Shown here one piece after another: positions 28,041 through 37,798 of a DNA stretch of 64,000 bases. This stretch comes from Christensenellaceae bacterium (lineage in GTDB: Bacteria > Bacillota > Clostridia > Christensenellales > CAG-138), in the NCBI GenBank assembly GCA_963666935.1, contig OY762936.1, forward strand, positions 861,933-925,932, written 5' to 3'. The notes below the pieces were generated by a model that was not told the origin of the DNA, ran no database searches, and saw only the letters and a list, made by a program, of their open reading frames with translations. The stretch's first letter is position 1, and each line of letters opens with the position of its first letter. The translations under genes and the position numbers were made by a program.

Positions 28041-28457
28041 ATGATTATAGGAACCATCGTAAACGGCGTGGTTATCGACCATATTCCCGCGGGGCGAGCT
28101 ATGGAACTGTACCGTTACCTGAATCTGGACCAGCTACAGTGCGAGGTGGCCATCATCGAAAACGCCTTGAGCCAGAAACATGGGAAGAAAGACATCATCA
28201 AGATCAACGAGATCATCGACATCGATATGGACGTGCTGGGATATATTGACCCCGACATGACCGTGGACATCATCCGTAACGGGAAGCGGGCTGAAAAGAT
28301 GCATCCGGACATGCCGGAGCAGGTGGTGGACATGATCTGCTGTAAAAACCCGCGGTGCATTACCTCCGTGGAGCGGGGACTGCCCCAAATCTTCAAGCTC
28401 ACAGACCGGGAAAAGCGGGTTTATCGCTGCGCCTACTGCGAGGCGCAGGCCAAATAG
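28041..28457 (+). CDS. pyrI: Aspartate carbamoyltransferase regulatory subunit
   Basis: GTIVNGVVIDHIPAG plus the Zn site CKNPRC...CAYC. Confidence 0.9.
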   Translation: MIIGTIVNGVVIDHIPAGRAMELYRYLNLDQLQCEVAIIENALSQKHGKKDIIKINEIIDIDMDVLGYIDPDMTVDIIRNGKRAEKMHPDMPEQVVDMICCKNPRCITSVERGLPQIFKLTDREKRVYRCAYCEAQAK

Positions 28458-28680
28458 GGATTTTCGACGCGAAAAGACCGGGCCGTTTTCCAAAATACCA
28501 GCGAAAAGGTCGCCGCCTCTCCGCGCGGAGGAAACGGGATACAGGTAGAAGCGAGCCGGCTAATGCACATAAAAAAAGCCACGTCGCGCCCAAAAAGACC
28601 ACGGGAGGGTTTTTTGTGACTTTCTGCACCCATTCCACGTCGGCAGGATCAGGAGCATACAGGCGGTTGGAGGGCTCGAT

Positions 28681-29077
28681 TTAGCGGGGATGGATGATCA
28701 TGTGGCTCTCATAGCCCATCTGGATGCCGTGGTGTATGTTCTTTATCAAACGCCTCGATGTTTTTAAAGTTCGTAAAAGGCGTGTCGATGGCGGCGATAC
28801 CGGCGGCGTGGCAGGCCACGCCCACCTTGAAACGGCCATAAAGCTGCTCGAAGCCGTCGTTGGTCATGCCGGTTCCCCAGTTGTTGAGGCGGACGAACAT
28901 CTTTGCGCCGCCGGAAGCCGCATGCTGCAGGCTGGCCTGGCGGCCGCGTTTTTTTCGGTGGCGGGCATCGCATCTTCAAGATCCAACGTAATAATATCCG
29001 CGGGATACTTGGGGGAATTTCTCTACAAAATCCGCGCGGTGGGCGGGGACGTAAAAAATAGAACGCATGACTGCCAT
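28681..29077 (-). pseudogene. Degraded citrate lyase beta / HpcH-HpaI (CitE-like) gene
   Basis: Minus-strand pieces lie in three frames: MAVMRSIFYVPAHRADFVEKFPQV / ADIITLDLEDAMPATEKNAA / QASLQHAASGGAKMFVRLNNWGTG...AAGIAAIDTPF / GYESHMIIHPR. That implies at least 3 frameshifts plus loss of about half of the family's central region. Confidence 0.7.
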
Positions 29078-29159
29078 GGCAAAAAACGCCTGTATGCGAT
29101 GCGCATTTTTGTAATATTACATCAAACTCTAACGGACGCCAACGCACTTTGCTAATTAC

Positions 29160-29188
29160 TTGACAATCATTACTTTCCATCATATAAT
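29160..29188 (+). promoter_or_regulatory. Consensus sigma-A type promoter
   Basis: TTGACA, 17-nt spacer, TATAAT, about 200 nt upstream of the malic enzyme gene. Confidence 0.7.
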
Positions 29189-29274
29189 TCAAACACGATT
29201 GTGAAAATATATTTTATCATAAGTAAACAACCCCGGATATTTCAATCCGCGGGAGGTGCGTGTCTGCAAGCAAG

Positions 29275-29303
29275 TTGACACGTGCGCCCGGGTAGATTAT
29301 GAT
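29275..29303 (+). promoter_or_regulatory. Second promoter upstream of malic enzyme
   Basis: TTGACA, 17-nt spacer, TATGAT. Confidence 0.6.
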
Positions 29304-29384
29304 ATACGCTGAACAATAAAATCGAATCGAAACGATAAACTCCGACAAAATTAAAATAACAATATTATTTAAGGAGATACTGAA

Positions 29385-30560
29385 ATGGATTACGCAAAAG
29401 AGTCCCTCAAGAAGCATGAGGAATGGAAAGGCAAGATCGAGGTTATCGCCACTGTCCCCGTTAAAACCAAAGAAGACCTCTCTTTGGCCTATACGCCCGG
29501 CGTAGCGCAACCCTGCCTGGAGATTGAGAAGGACGTGAACAAGAGCTATGACCTGACCCGCCGCCACAACCTGTGTGCCGTAGTGACCGACGGCACCGCG
29601 GTGCTGGGCCTTGGCGACATCGGCCCCGAGGCGGGCATGCCTGTCATGGAAGGCAAGTGCGTGCTGTTCAAAGCCTTTGGTGACGTGGACGCCTTCCCGC
29701 TTTGCGTCAAGAGCAAGGAAGTAGACGATATCGTTAACACCATTTACATGGTCAGCGGCAGCTTCGGCGGCGTGAACCTGGAGGACATTTCCGCGCCCCG
29801 CTGCTTTGAGATCGAGCGTAAACTCAAGGAAAAGTGCGACATCCCGATTTTCCATGACGACCAGCACGGCACAGCCATCATCACCCTAGCCGGATTACTC
29901 AACGCGCTCAAGGTCGTTGGCAAGAAGAAGGAAAACGTGAAGATTGTGACTTCCGGCGCCGGCGCTGCGGCAATTTCCATCACCAAGCTGCTGCTTTCCG
30001 CGGGCTTTACAGATATCACCATGTGCGACCGTACCGGCATCATTTACAAGGGCCGGGAAAAGGGCATGAACTGGATCAAACAGGAAATGGCTGAAATCAC
30101 TAACAAGAGCGGCAACCAGGGATCCATAGCGGATGCACTCATGGGTGCTGACGTGTTTATCGGCGTATCCGGCCCCGGCACCGTGACTACGGATATGGTG
30201 AAGGGCATGGCCAAGGATGCCATCATCTTTGCCTGCGCCAACCCCACGCCGGAAATCTTTCCCGACGAAGCCAAGGCGGGCGGCGCTGCGGTGATTGCCA
30301 CCGGACGGAGCGACTTCCCCAACCAGATCAACAACGTGCTGGCGTTCCCCGGCGTGTTCCGCGGCACCTTCGACGTGCGCGCATCGGATATCAACGAGGA
30401 GATGAAGATGGCCGCCGCCATGGCGCTGGCGAACCTGATTTCGGACGAAGAGCTTTCCCCTGACTACATCATCCCCAAGGCTTTTGACCTGCGAGTGGGC
30501 AAGGCCGTGGCGGCAGCGGTTGCAGAGGCGGCAAAGAAGAGCGGTGTAGCGAGAATATAG
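29385..30560 (+). CDS. NAD(P)-dependent malic enzyme (short form)
   Basis: [52 protein letters not shown] is AAGGAG. Confidence 0.9.
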   Translation: MDYAKESLKKHEEWKGKIEVIATVPVKTKEDLSLAYTPGVAQPCLEIEKDVNKSYDLTRRHNLCAVVTDGTAVLGLGDIGPEAGMPVMEGKCVLFKAFGDVDAFPLCVKSKEVDDIVNTIYMVSGSFGGVNLEDISAPRCFEIERKLKEKCDIPIFHDDQHGTAIITLAGLLNALKVVGKKKENVKIVTSGAGAAAISITKLLLSAGFTDITMCDRTGIIYKGREKGMNWIKQEMAEITNKSGNQGSIADALMGADVFIGVSGPGTVTTDMVKGMAKDAIIFACANPTPEIFPDEAKAGGAAVIATGRSDFPNQINNVLAFPGVFRGTFDVRASDINEEMKMAAAMALANLISDEELSPDYIIPKAFDLRVGKAVAAAVAEAAKKSGVARI

Positions 30561-30593
30561 TCGCAGTTGATCCTTTTTAATGAGACCTTCTTT

Positions 30594-30864
30594 ATGAAGA
30601 TCATTAGGATTCGTCGCGGCCGGTAGAGAAATCCACGAATATATTGAAGGCTATGGCAAAGAGAGGCCCTATATGGGCCTCTTTGCCGTCTGTGAGGAGG
30701 GCGTTCGCGCGACGGTGAAATACCGCTGTGCCAAGCCCGGTGAAACCAAGCTCTTTTTCTCTGTTGAAGAGGCGATGGACAAAGTGGAGATGAAGGATGG
30801 TATGACGATATCCTTGCATCATCATCTGCGTAACGGCGACGACGTAATCCGCAAGCCCGAATAG
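30594..30864 (+). pseudogene. N-terminal remnant of citrate lyase alpha subunit (CitF)
   Basis: MKII then a frameshift into GREIHEYIEGYGKERPYMGLFA...KLFFSVEEAMDKVEMKDGMTISLHHHLRNGD, then a stop. Only about 85 of roughly 510 aa remain, and a terminator follows directly. Confidence 0.65.
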
Positions 30865-30878
30865 GTAGAAACGATTGA

Positions 30879-30907
30879 GAATCCGGCAATGCGCCGGATT
30901 CTTTTTA
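30879..30907 (+). terminator. Rho-independent terminator
   Basis: GAATCCGGC-AATGC-GCCGGATTC followed by TTTTT. Confidence 0.85.
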
Positions 30908-31273
30908 TTTGCGGAGAAGTGCTCCGCGAAAGTGCCATGAAGCGCCCGGCACAGAGCGATACAGCTTACCCATCAAGGCCGGCGGACAGGAGCAGAGGGG
31001 AGAGAAAGAGGAGTGGTTTTGTCAAGCGGAATTATTTCGGGCGACAAAGCACGAGTGAAAAAAGTTTTTCTTGGGCGTGAAGGCAGCTGCGAAAAAAACA
31101 ACAGCACAAAATTGCGAATGAATTGTAAAAACACTGAAAATTACGTATATATTTGCAAAAATTAGTGTAGAAATTCCGGTGGATTTATGATAAACTACTT
31201 GAGGAACTTCTTAGCATGCTGATTTTTTTGATTGGTGTGGCTAACAAAAATATTTTGGAAAAGAGGAGCATGT

Positions 31274-31849
31274 ATGATCGAAATCAGGTGGCATGGCCGC
31301 GGCGGACAAGGCGCTAAGACCGCTTCGCTGCTGCTGGCAGATGTTGCGTTCGCCACCGGCATGTATGTTCAGGGATTCCCTGAGTACGGCCCCGAACGCA
31401 TGGGCGCGCCCATCACGGCTTACAATCGCATAAGCCAGGAGAAGGTGACAGTACACTCTAATATTTACGAACCCGATATGGTGGTCGTTGTGGACGAGAC
31501 TTTGATCGAGTCCGTAGACGTGACGGCGGGTTTGAAAAAAGGTGGAAGCGTTATCGTAAATTCCCAGCGCAAGCCCGATGAAATTAAGGCTGAGCTGTCG
31601 AGCAAAGGCTATAACGGCGACATCTATGTTGTCGATGCCAAAGCCGTTTCCGAGAAAAACCTTGGCCGCTATTTGCCCAATACCCCATTGCTTTCCGCAG
31701 TGGTAAAGGTAGCCGGCATTATGGAAAAAGAGGCCTTTTTCAAGAACATGCGCGGCTCTTTTGAACACAAGTTTGCTTCAAAGCCCGAAGTTGTGGAAGG
31801 TAACCTAAACGCGATCCGCGATGCATGGGAGGAGGTCAAGAAAATATGA
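31274..31849 (+). CDS. 2-oxoacid:ferredoxin oxidoreductase gamma subunit
   Basis: MIEIRWHGRGGQGAKTAS... is typical of the Por/Vor gamma subunit. Confidence 0.9.
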   Translation: MIEIRWHGRGGQGAKTASLLLADVAFATGMYVQGFPEYGPERMGAPITAYNRISQEKVTVHSNIYEPDMVVVVDETLIESVDVTAGLKKGGSVIVNSQRKPDEIKAELSSKGYNGDIYVVDAKAVSEKNLGRYLPNTPLLSAVVKVAGIMEKEAFFKNMRGSFEHKFASKPEVVEGNLNAIRDAWEEVKKI

Positions 31850-32154
31850 GCAAGAACCTAATGGAAAAAATTAACACCAACAGCACTGCCTCTGAAATGA
31901 CCCCCGGCGGCATGGTATACGGCAGCGGCAATTCCTTTTACTTTAATACCGGCGAATGGCGTACCCAAACCCCGGTATGGCATCCCGAAAAGTGCAAGCA
32001 GTGCCTGCTTTGCTTCCCGGTCTGCCCCGACAGCAGCATTCCCGTGGCAGATGGTAAGCGCGGCGATTTTGACTTTGACCACTGCAAAGGCTGCGGCATT
32101 TGCGCGAAGGTTTGCCCGTTTGGCGCAATCACCTTTGAAGAGGAGGCTAAATAA
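31846..32154 (+). CDS. 2-oxoacid:ferredoxin oxidoreductase delta subunit (2x 4Fe-4S)
   Basis: CKQCLLCFPVCP and CKGCGICAKVCP. The start overlaps the gamma stop. Confidence 0.9.
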   Translation: MSKNLMEKINTNSTASEMTPGGMVYGSGNSFYFNTGEWRTQTPVWHPEKCKQCLLCFPVCPDSSIPVADGKRGDFDFDHCKGCGICAKVCPFGAITFEEEAK

Positions 32155-33333
32155 ATGAGCAAAAAAGATCGCCTTTCCGGTAACGAAGCGGCTGCGGTGG
32201 CAATTCGGCAGATCGACCCCGATGTGGTTGCCGCATTCCCCATTACGCCTTCGACCGAAATCCCCCAGTATGTTTCTATGTTCCAAGCAAACGGCGAACT
32301 CACTTCCGAATTTGTGGCGGTGGAGAGCGAACACAGCGCCATAAGCGCCTGCGTGGGCGCCCAGGCTGCCGGTGTGCGTGCCATGACCGCCACCAGTTCC
32401 TGCGGCCTTGCCCTCATGCATGAAATTCTTTACGTTGCGTCTTCTTCCCGTCTGCCCATTGTGATGGCGGTGGTGAACCGCGCGCTCTCTGCCCCTATCA
32501 ACATCAACAACGACCACAGCGATTCCATGGGTTCCCGCGACAGCGGCTGGATTCAGCTTTACAGCGAAAGCGCCCAGGAAGCCTACGACAACATGCTCAT
32601 GGCGAACCGCATTGCGGAGCACAAGGACGTGCAGCTGCCCATCATGATCTGCCAAGATGGCTTTATTACCAGCCATGCCGTGGAGAATATTGTCCTTGAG
32701 GACGACGAGTTTGCAAAGAAATTCGTGGGTCAGTACAAGCCTGAAAAGTATATGCTCAACCCCAAGGAATCCCTGTCCGTTGGCCCCTATGATATTTCTT
32801 CCTACTACATGGAACACAAATATCAGCAGACCGAAGCCCTCCGGGAATCCATTAAGGTGATTCGTGAAGTCAGCGCTGCATACGGCAAGGCCACTGGCCG
32901 CACCTATGACCTGATCGAGAAGTACAAGATGGAAGATGCGGAATATGCCCTCATGGCCATTGGTTCCTCTGCCGGCACCGGCAAGGCTGCGGTGGACGTG
33001 TTGCGCGCGCAGGGCAAGAAGGTGGGCCTGATCAAGGTTCGCTGCTTCAATCCCTTCCCCGTGGATGACATCATTGAGGCTGTCAAGAACGTGAAGGTCT
33101 TGGGTCTCATGGACAAGACCGACAGCTTCAACGGCTTCGGCGGCCCCTTGGGCGCTTTGGTGCGCGCTGCTATGTATGGAAAGTGCGACGGCATCAAGAC
33201 AATCAACTATGTTTATGGCCTTGGCGGACGCGACGTGAGCGTCGATACTTTCTACGGGGCCTACGCAGAGCTTGAAGAGATTGCGAAGGGCAAGGAAGTT
33301 CCTGCCTACCGTTATCTCGACACCAGAATTTGA
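32155..33333 (+). CDS. 2-oxoacid:ferredoxin oxidoreductase alpha subunit
   Basis: LSGNEAAAVA...FPITPSTEI...ESEHSA...TATSSCGLALM. Confidence 0.9.
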   Translation: MSKKDRLSGNEAAAVAIRQIDPDVVAAFPITPSTEIPQYVSMFQANGELTSEFVAVESEHSAISACVGAQAAGVRAMTATSSCGLALMHEILYVASSSRLPIVMAVVNRALSAPININNDHSDSMGSRDSGWIQLYSESAQEAYDNMLMANRIAEHKDVQLPIMICQDGFITSHAVENIVLEDDEFAKKFVGQYKPEKYMLNPKESLSVGPYDISSYYMEHKYQQTEALRESIKVIREVSAAYGKATGRTYDLIEKYKMEDAEYALMAIGSSAGTGKAAVDVLRAQGKKVGLIKVRCFNPFPVDDIIEAVKNVKVLGLMDKTDSFNGFGGPLGALVRAAMYGKCDGIKTINYVYGLGGRDVSVDTFYGAYAELEEIAKGKEVPAYRYLDTRI

Positions 33334-33346
33334 AAGGAGTATCGCA

Positions 33347-34279
33347 ATGGCTTATAATTTGAAAGAACTCGCTAACAGGCCGGAGCGCTTGGCTCCCGGA
33401 CATCGCATGTGTGCAGGTTGCGGCGGCCCCATTGCCGTTCGTAGCGTCCTGCGTGCGCTGAAACCTGAAGATCGCGCGGTGGTTGCTACCGCAACCGGCT
33501 GTCTGGAAGTTTCCACCTGTATGTATCCCTATACTTCATGGACCGATAGCTGGATTCACACCGCCTTTGAAAATGCTTCCGCCACTTTGAGCGGCGCCGA
33601 AGCGGCATACTGTGCCATGAAGAAGAAGGGCAAGTTGGACGAGACCTTTAAGTTCATCGCGTTCGGCGGCGACGGCAGCAGCTATGATATCGGCTTCCAG
33701 TCCCTGTCCGGCGCTATGGAGCGCAACCATGACATGGTATACGTTTGCTACGACAATGAAGCTTACATGAACACCGGGATTCAGCGGTCCTCTTCCACAC
33801 CTAAGTATGCCAACACCACGACGTCTGCCATTGGCTCTCAGAGCAACGGTAAGGTTCAGGTGAAGAAGGATCTGACCAAGATCATCGCCATGCATCACGT
33901 GCCCTATGTGGCGCAGACCACCTTCATTGGCAATATGAGCGACCTGCACAAGAAAGCGGAAAAGGCCCTCTACACCCCCGGCGCCGCATTCCTGGCCGTT
34001 ATGGCGCCCTGCCCCCGCGGCTGGCGCTATGAGGCTGCCGACATCATGAAGGTCTGCAAGGCGGCTGTTGAAACTTGCGTTTGGCCCATGTATGAGTACA
34101 TCGAAGGCAAGTGGATTTTGAGCTACAAGCCCAAGAACAAGCTGCCCGTGGAAGATTACCTCAAGACGCAGGGCCGGTTCAGCCACTTGTTCAAGAAGGG
34201 CAACGAAGACCTTATCGCCGAGATTCAGGCTGATGTGGACACCCGTTGGGCAGAGCTGCTGAGGCTTTGCGAAGAGTAA
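33347..34279 (+). CDS. 2-oxoacid:ferredoxin oxidoreductase beta subunit (TPP-binding)
   Basis: GHRMCAGCGG...GGDGSSYDIGFQSLSGA...YDNEAYMNTGIQRS. Confidence 0.9.
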   Translation: MAYNLKELANRPERLAPGHRMCAGCGGPIAVRSVLRALKPEDRAVVATATGCLEVSTCMYPYTSWTDSWIHTAFENASATLSGAEAAYCAMKKKGKLDETFKFIAFGGDGSSYDIGFQSLSGAMERNHDMVYVCYDNEAYMNTGIQRSSSTPKYANTTTSAIGSQSNGKVQVKKDLTKIIAMHHVPYVAQTTFIGNMSDLHKKAEKALYTPGAAFLAVMAPCPRGWRYEAADIMKVCKAAVETCVWPMYEYIEGKWILSYKPKNKLPVEDYLKTQGRFSHLFKKGNEDLIAEIQADVDTRWAELLRLCEE

Positions 34280-34312
34280 AGACAACGTCTTAAATACTCA
34301 ACTTTTCAAGAA

Positions 34313-34350
34313 AGGCCGACTGATGATGAGAATTCAGCCGGCCTTTTTTC
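34313..34350 (+). terminator. Rho-independent terminator
   Basis: AGGCCGACTGA / TCAGCCGGCCT stem followed by TTTTT. Confidence 0.75.
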
Positions 34351-34460
34351 GCACAAAAAAAGCAGCTTTTTGCTGCTTTTAATCAAAGCCCTAAAATTTC
34401 AGTGAACAAAGATCCCAAATCGGAGGACAATATTTTCTGACCACATAGAACTGCTGCATT

Positions 34461-34501
34461 AAAAAAAGGGCATTGGAAGCGAATTCCAATGCCCTTTTTT
34501 T
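34461..34501. terminator. Bidirectional terminator
   Basis: A7-GGGCATTGGA-AGCGAAT-TCCAATGCCC-T7, immediately 3' of the minus-strand HAD gene. Confidence 0.85.
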
Positions 34502-34504
34502 GAG

Positions 34505-35212
34505 TTATTTATAGTTGTAGAAATCTGCGCCTTCTGTTGCCATGAGCTTGATAACCATGGCCAGAGTCTTCATATCGCCGACCATGAAGGTTTCCCAAAC
34601 GTCCAAAGGACGAGGTTCGCCTTGACGGTTAACCCAGCAGGTCTTGTAGCCTAGCTCAGTACCCGGAACGATGTCATATTTGAAGCCGAAGCCCGCATGA
34701 AGGATGTCCTTTTCGGTGAGGCCCAGACGCTTCTGGGAGAGGAAGAAACCCTTGTGGCTGGGCTTGTAAGCGCCGGCCATCTCTGCGGTTACGATATCGT
34801 CAAACTCGACACCAATCTGCTTTACGGATTCTTTGATGATGTCGTTATCAGTGTTGGTGATCAGGGTGACCTTGGTGTACTTCTTGAGCTCAAGGAGCGC
34901 ATCGTGAGAATCCGGGAAAGGCTGCCATTTGCCCATGGAATCCGCAAATTCTTCGGCATCCTGGTTGGTGAAGGAGAAGCCGAACTCTTTGCAGGTCATG
35001 CCCATGGTATCCTTCAGAACCTGGAAATAGGGGCGGTACTGCTCCTGAATGTAATTGAACTGGAGCTCTTCCCATCTGCGCTGAATAGTCTTAGGCGCAA
35101 TGCCTTCGATGCCCTTCTTTTCCATAAAGGCTTTAAAGTACTTCTGAATTTCGCCTTCCCAGTCGATTATGGTGCCAAAGTTGTCAAAAGATATTGCTTT
35201 CGGTGCTGCCAT
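34505..35212 (-). CDS. HAD superfamily hydrolase, type II haloacid dehalogenase-like
   Basis: Nucleophile motif SFDNFGTIIDWE, cap region, ITNTDND and AGAYKPSHKGF. Confidence 0.75.
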   Translation of the reverse strand: MAAPKAISFDNFGTIIDWEGEIQKYFKAFMEKKGIEGIAPKTIQRRWEELQFNYIQEQYRPYFQVLKDTMGMTCKEFGFSFTNQDAEEFADSMGKWQPFPDSHDALLELKKYTKVTLITNTDNDIIKESVKQIGVEFDDIVTAEMAGAYKPSHKGFFLSQKRLGLTEKDILHAGFGFKYDIVPGTELGYKTCWVNRQGEPRPLDVWETFMVGDMKTLAMVIKLMATEGADFYNYK

Positions 35213-35348
35213 AGTATACCTCTCATTCTATTTGTATAAATTATTTTGTGAACAAATTTGGGTTTCATTTTCGCAAATCGCTGAAAATGAAGCTTGTCTC
35301 AACCAAAACGAGACGGGGGCAAAAGGGGGGGTAAAATAAATACACTAC

Positions 35349-35377
35349 ATTATAGTATCCGAACGGACAAAAGTCAA
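35349..35377 (-). promoter_or_regulatory. Near-consensus promoter for the HAD gene, overlapping the larA stop codon
   Basis: Minus strand: TTGACT (35377-72), 17-nt spacer, TATAAT (35354-49). About 130 nt of 5' leader follows. Confidence 0.7.
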
Positions 35378-36627
35378 CCCTTGCAGCAGCGGGGAAGCGT
35401 GGAACCGCCATAAGGCATGGCGAGAATGGATGCGTTCTTGCCCAGTTTGGCAAAGGCTGCGTCCAGCGCGGCCTGCGCGTTGGGATAAGGCGTCAGGAAA
35501 ATGCTCTTCACAAAATCGGGTGCCATATCGCTTACCAGATAGATGTCGGAATTTTCCAGCACCATGGCAATCGCGGCCGCCTTGTGACCGCCCAGACGAA
35601 ATTCTTTTTGAATCCGGTCAATGAGACTGCTGGCGGTAGGTGCGCTGGTCATCCATTCTTCAAAGACGTGCTCGCCCATTCCTTCTTTGCAGGAACCGAT
35701 CAGGATGATGACACCGCCTTTTTTCACAGCATGCTTGGCATTGTCCAGCGCTTTTTGGGTTTGGTAGAGATTCAGATCCTTTGGGGCGCCGCCCTGAGAA
35801 ACCAGGACGATATCCGCCCGCTCGGGGATTCGCTTCATATAGAGGTCATCCAAAAAGGAACAGCCTTCCCGATGGGCGTATTTGGCATCTCCGGCCACGG
35901 CTTTGATGATCTTCTTATGTTCATCCAACACCACATTGAGGAGGAAGTCGATGCCAACCATGGCGGCGGCCTCTTCAATGTCCTCTCGGACTGGATTACC
36001 TTTGATGCGGCCGGCGCAGGCGGTTTCCTCCACCATCCGGCTGTGATTGCTCTGGATGGCGTCCCGGGTGGAGACTCCGGGCATGATGGATTTTGCGCCG
36101 CCGGAATAACCGGCAAAGTAGTGGTACTCAATATTCGCCAGACAAATGCGGCGGTCCGCTTCCGCCACCACGCGGACGATATCCACCGGCGTGCCCCGGG
36201 AAGTGACCCCGATATGCACACAATCGCTGGCATCGCCGTCGATGCATGCAATTTCGGACCAAGCGCGGTCACCTGCCAGCTTATGCCGTTCCGCTTCGGT
36301 ATGCATTCTATGACTGCCCAGGGCGAACACCAGCGTGATATCCTGTTTGCTGATTCCCGCGGCATAGAGTTCATCCAGTAAAGCGGGCATCACAATATGT
36401 GTGGGCATGGGGCGCGTGATGTCGCTGGTGACGATGGCGATTTTTTCGCCCGGCTTGACGATATCCCGAAGGGCGGGGGAGTGAACCGGTGCGGCAAGAG
36501 CCCTTTCAACCTCATCCTCGCCGGTGAGACCCACCGGCATGGGGTTGGGCGATAGAATGCCAAGCAGACTCTTTGAGGGAACTTCGACGCATTGGGTACC
36601 GGCGCCGAATCCAAATTCCAATTTCAT
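35374..36627 (-). CDS. larA: LarA family nickel-pincer-dependent 2-hydroxyacid racemase/epimerase
   Basis: DUF2088/LarA architecture: ITRPMP, HRMHTEAE, YHYFAGYSGGAKS, QGGAPKDLNLYQ and GGHKAAAIA. The substrate cannot be read from the sequence. Confidence 0.8.
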   Translation of the reverse strand: MKLEFGFGAGTQCVEVPSKSLLGILSPNPMPVGLTGEDEVERALAAPVHSPALRDIVKPGEKIAIVTSDITRPMPTHIVMPALLDELYAAGISKQDITLVFALGSHRMHTEAERHKLAGDRAWSEIACIDGDASDCVHIGVTSRGTPVDIVRVVAEADRRICLANIEYHYFAGYSGGAKSIMPGVSTRDAIQSNHSRMVEETACAGRIKGNPVREDIEEAAAMVGIDFLLNVVLDEHKKIIKAVAGDAKYAHREGCSFLDDLYMKRIPERADIVLVSQGGAPKDLNLYQTQKALDNAKHAVKKGGVIILIGSCKEGMGEHVFEEWMTSAPTASSLIDRIQKEFRLGGHKAAAIAMVLENSDIYLVSDMAPDFVKSIFLTPYPNAQAALDAAFAKLGKNASILAMPYGGSTLPRCCKG

Positions 36628-36730
36628 AGTTATCACCCATTTCTATTACAAATTTAGAATTATGTGCATTAAACAACAACTATACAATATATCTTTGCCG
36701 GGCGCAACGTCAAGAGATTTAATTTCCAAA

Positions 36731-36992
36731 AAGACCATGCGATATCTGAAAGGACCAGGACCAGGTATTTTTAACGATGCATGTAAAAAAACACTAGACT
36801 TTGCAACAAGAAAGGATTATCCTTAAAAGGACCAAGCGACATAGGGAAGGACCAGAAACGGCGACGGGAATCCCTTGAAGAATCAGAGACCTCATGATAA
36901 AATCAGTTAAATATTTAGGGAGAAACATCCCGATATGAGAACCGGATTTTGCAAGGTCCGTAACGCTGCCGAAAAGACGTTTGGCCAGACCA
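36731..36992 (+). promoter_or_regulatory. Array of AGGACCA-like direct repeats in the larA/gntR divergent region
   Basis: AAGACCA 36731. AGGACCA at 36751, 36758, 36828 and 36848. CAGACCA 36986. Inverted GGTCC at 36955. Confidence 0.4.
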
Positions 36993-37012
36993 TATAACCG
37001 GGAAGTGACACT

Positions 37013-37735
37013 ATGCATTTGTTGTATGCAGATGTTGCAGAAAAAATTGAGCGGCAAATCCGTAACTCCGATTGGCCGATTGGAACGCAGTTGCCTTCCG
37101 AACGGAAATTGGCGGATCAATACCACGTGAGCCGCAACGTAGTGCGACGGGCCTTGAGCCAGCTTAAAGAGGGCGAACTTATTGAGTTGAAGCCGGGCGA
37201 TGGCGCATATGTGACTTACCGATGCGACGAGAAGTCGTTGCTGCATATGGTTGCGCTGAAAAACATGATGATAAAAAACGACGTCACTTTTTTACAAGCG
37301 CTGGAAGTACGGCAAATGCTGGAAGTGGCCATTGTCAAAAAGTGCGTTCCGTACATGGATGGCGATAAGATGGAGACACTGGAAGACCTTTATGATGAGA
37401 TGGAGAAATGCCACAATTGCCGGGATATTGATCGGTTCGTCAAGTACGATACCCAGTTTCACGATTCTCTGGCCCGATGCATTCCCAACCCTATGTTCCA
37501 TCTTCTGCTCAAGACTTATATGGACATTGTGCCGGACTTTACCGTTATGAGTCGGACGCTCAACGCCGTATTTTTTGACATGCAGAGCACGCAAGAGGAG
37601 CACCGAACCATACTGGATGCCCTTTATGCCCACGATGAGGCGAAGGCCGAGAAAGCTATGCTGGAGCATATGCGGAAGATCCGCCGGGATTTGGAACAGC
37701 TAAAAAACAAGCGAATCCCGGAGGATGAAAAATAG
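37013..37735 (+). CDS. GntR family transcriptional regulator (FadR/FCD subfamily)
   Basis: N-terminal wHTH (GTQLPSERKLADQYHVSRNVVRRAL) plus a C-terminal all-helical FCD-type domain. Confidence 0.9.
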   Translation: MHLLYADVAEKIERQIRNSDWPIGTQLPSERKLADQYHVSRNVVRRALSQLKEGELIELKPGDGAYVTYRCDEKSLLHMVALKNMMIKNDVTFLQALEVRQMLEVAIVKKCVPYMDGDKMETLEDLYDEMEKCHNCRDIDRFVKYDTQFHDSLARCIPNPMFHLLLKTYMDIVPDFTVMSRTLNAVFFDMQSTQEEHRTILDALYAHDEAKAEKAMLEHMRKIRRDLEQLKNKRIPEDEK

Positions 37736-37798
37736 CGAAGGACGCGACAATGCCGCGTGCTAATATATAAATCATTTTTTGTGATAGGAGATGCAACT

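Noticed and set aside
29217-29867. 216-aa minus-strand ORF spanning the malic-enzyme promoter region and 5' end.
   Set aside because: It overlaps the strongly supported malic enzyme CDS and two consensus plus-strand promoters, and its translation has no family resemblance.
36524-36826. 100-aa plus-strand ORF in the larA/gntR intergenic region.
   Set aside because: It starts inside larA on the opposite strand and its translation has no features. The region is better explained as divergent promoter and operator DNA carrying the AGGACCA repeats.
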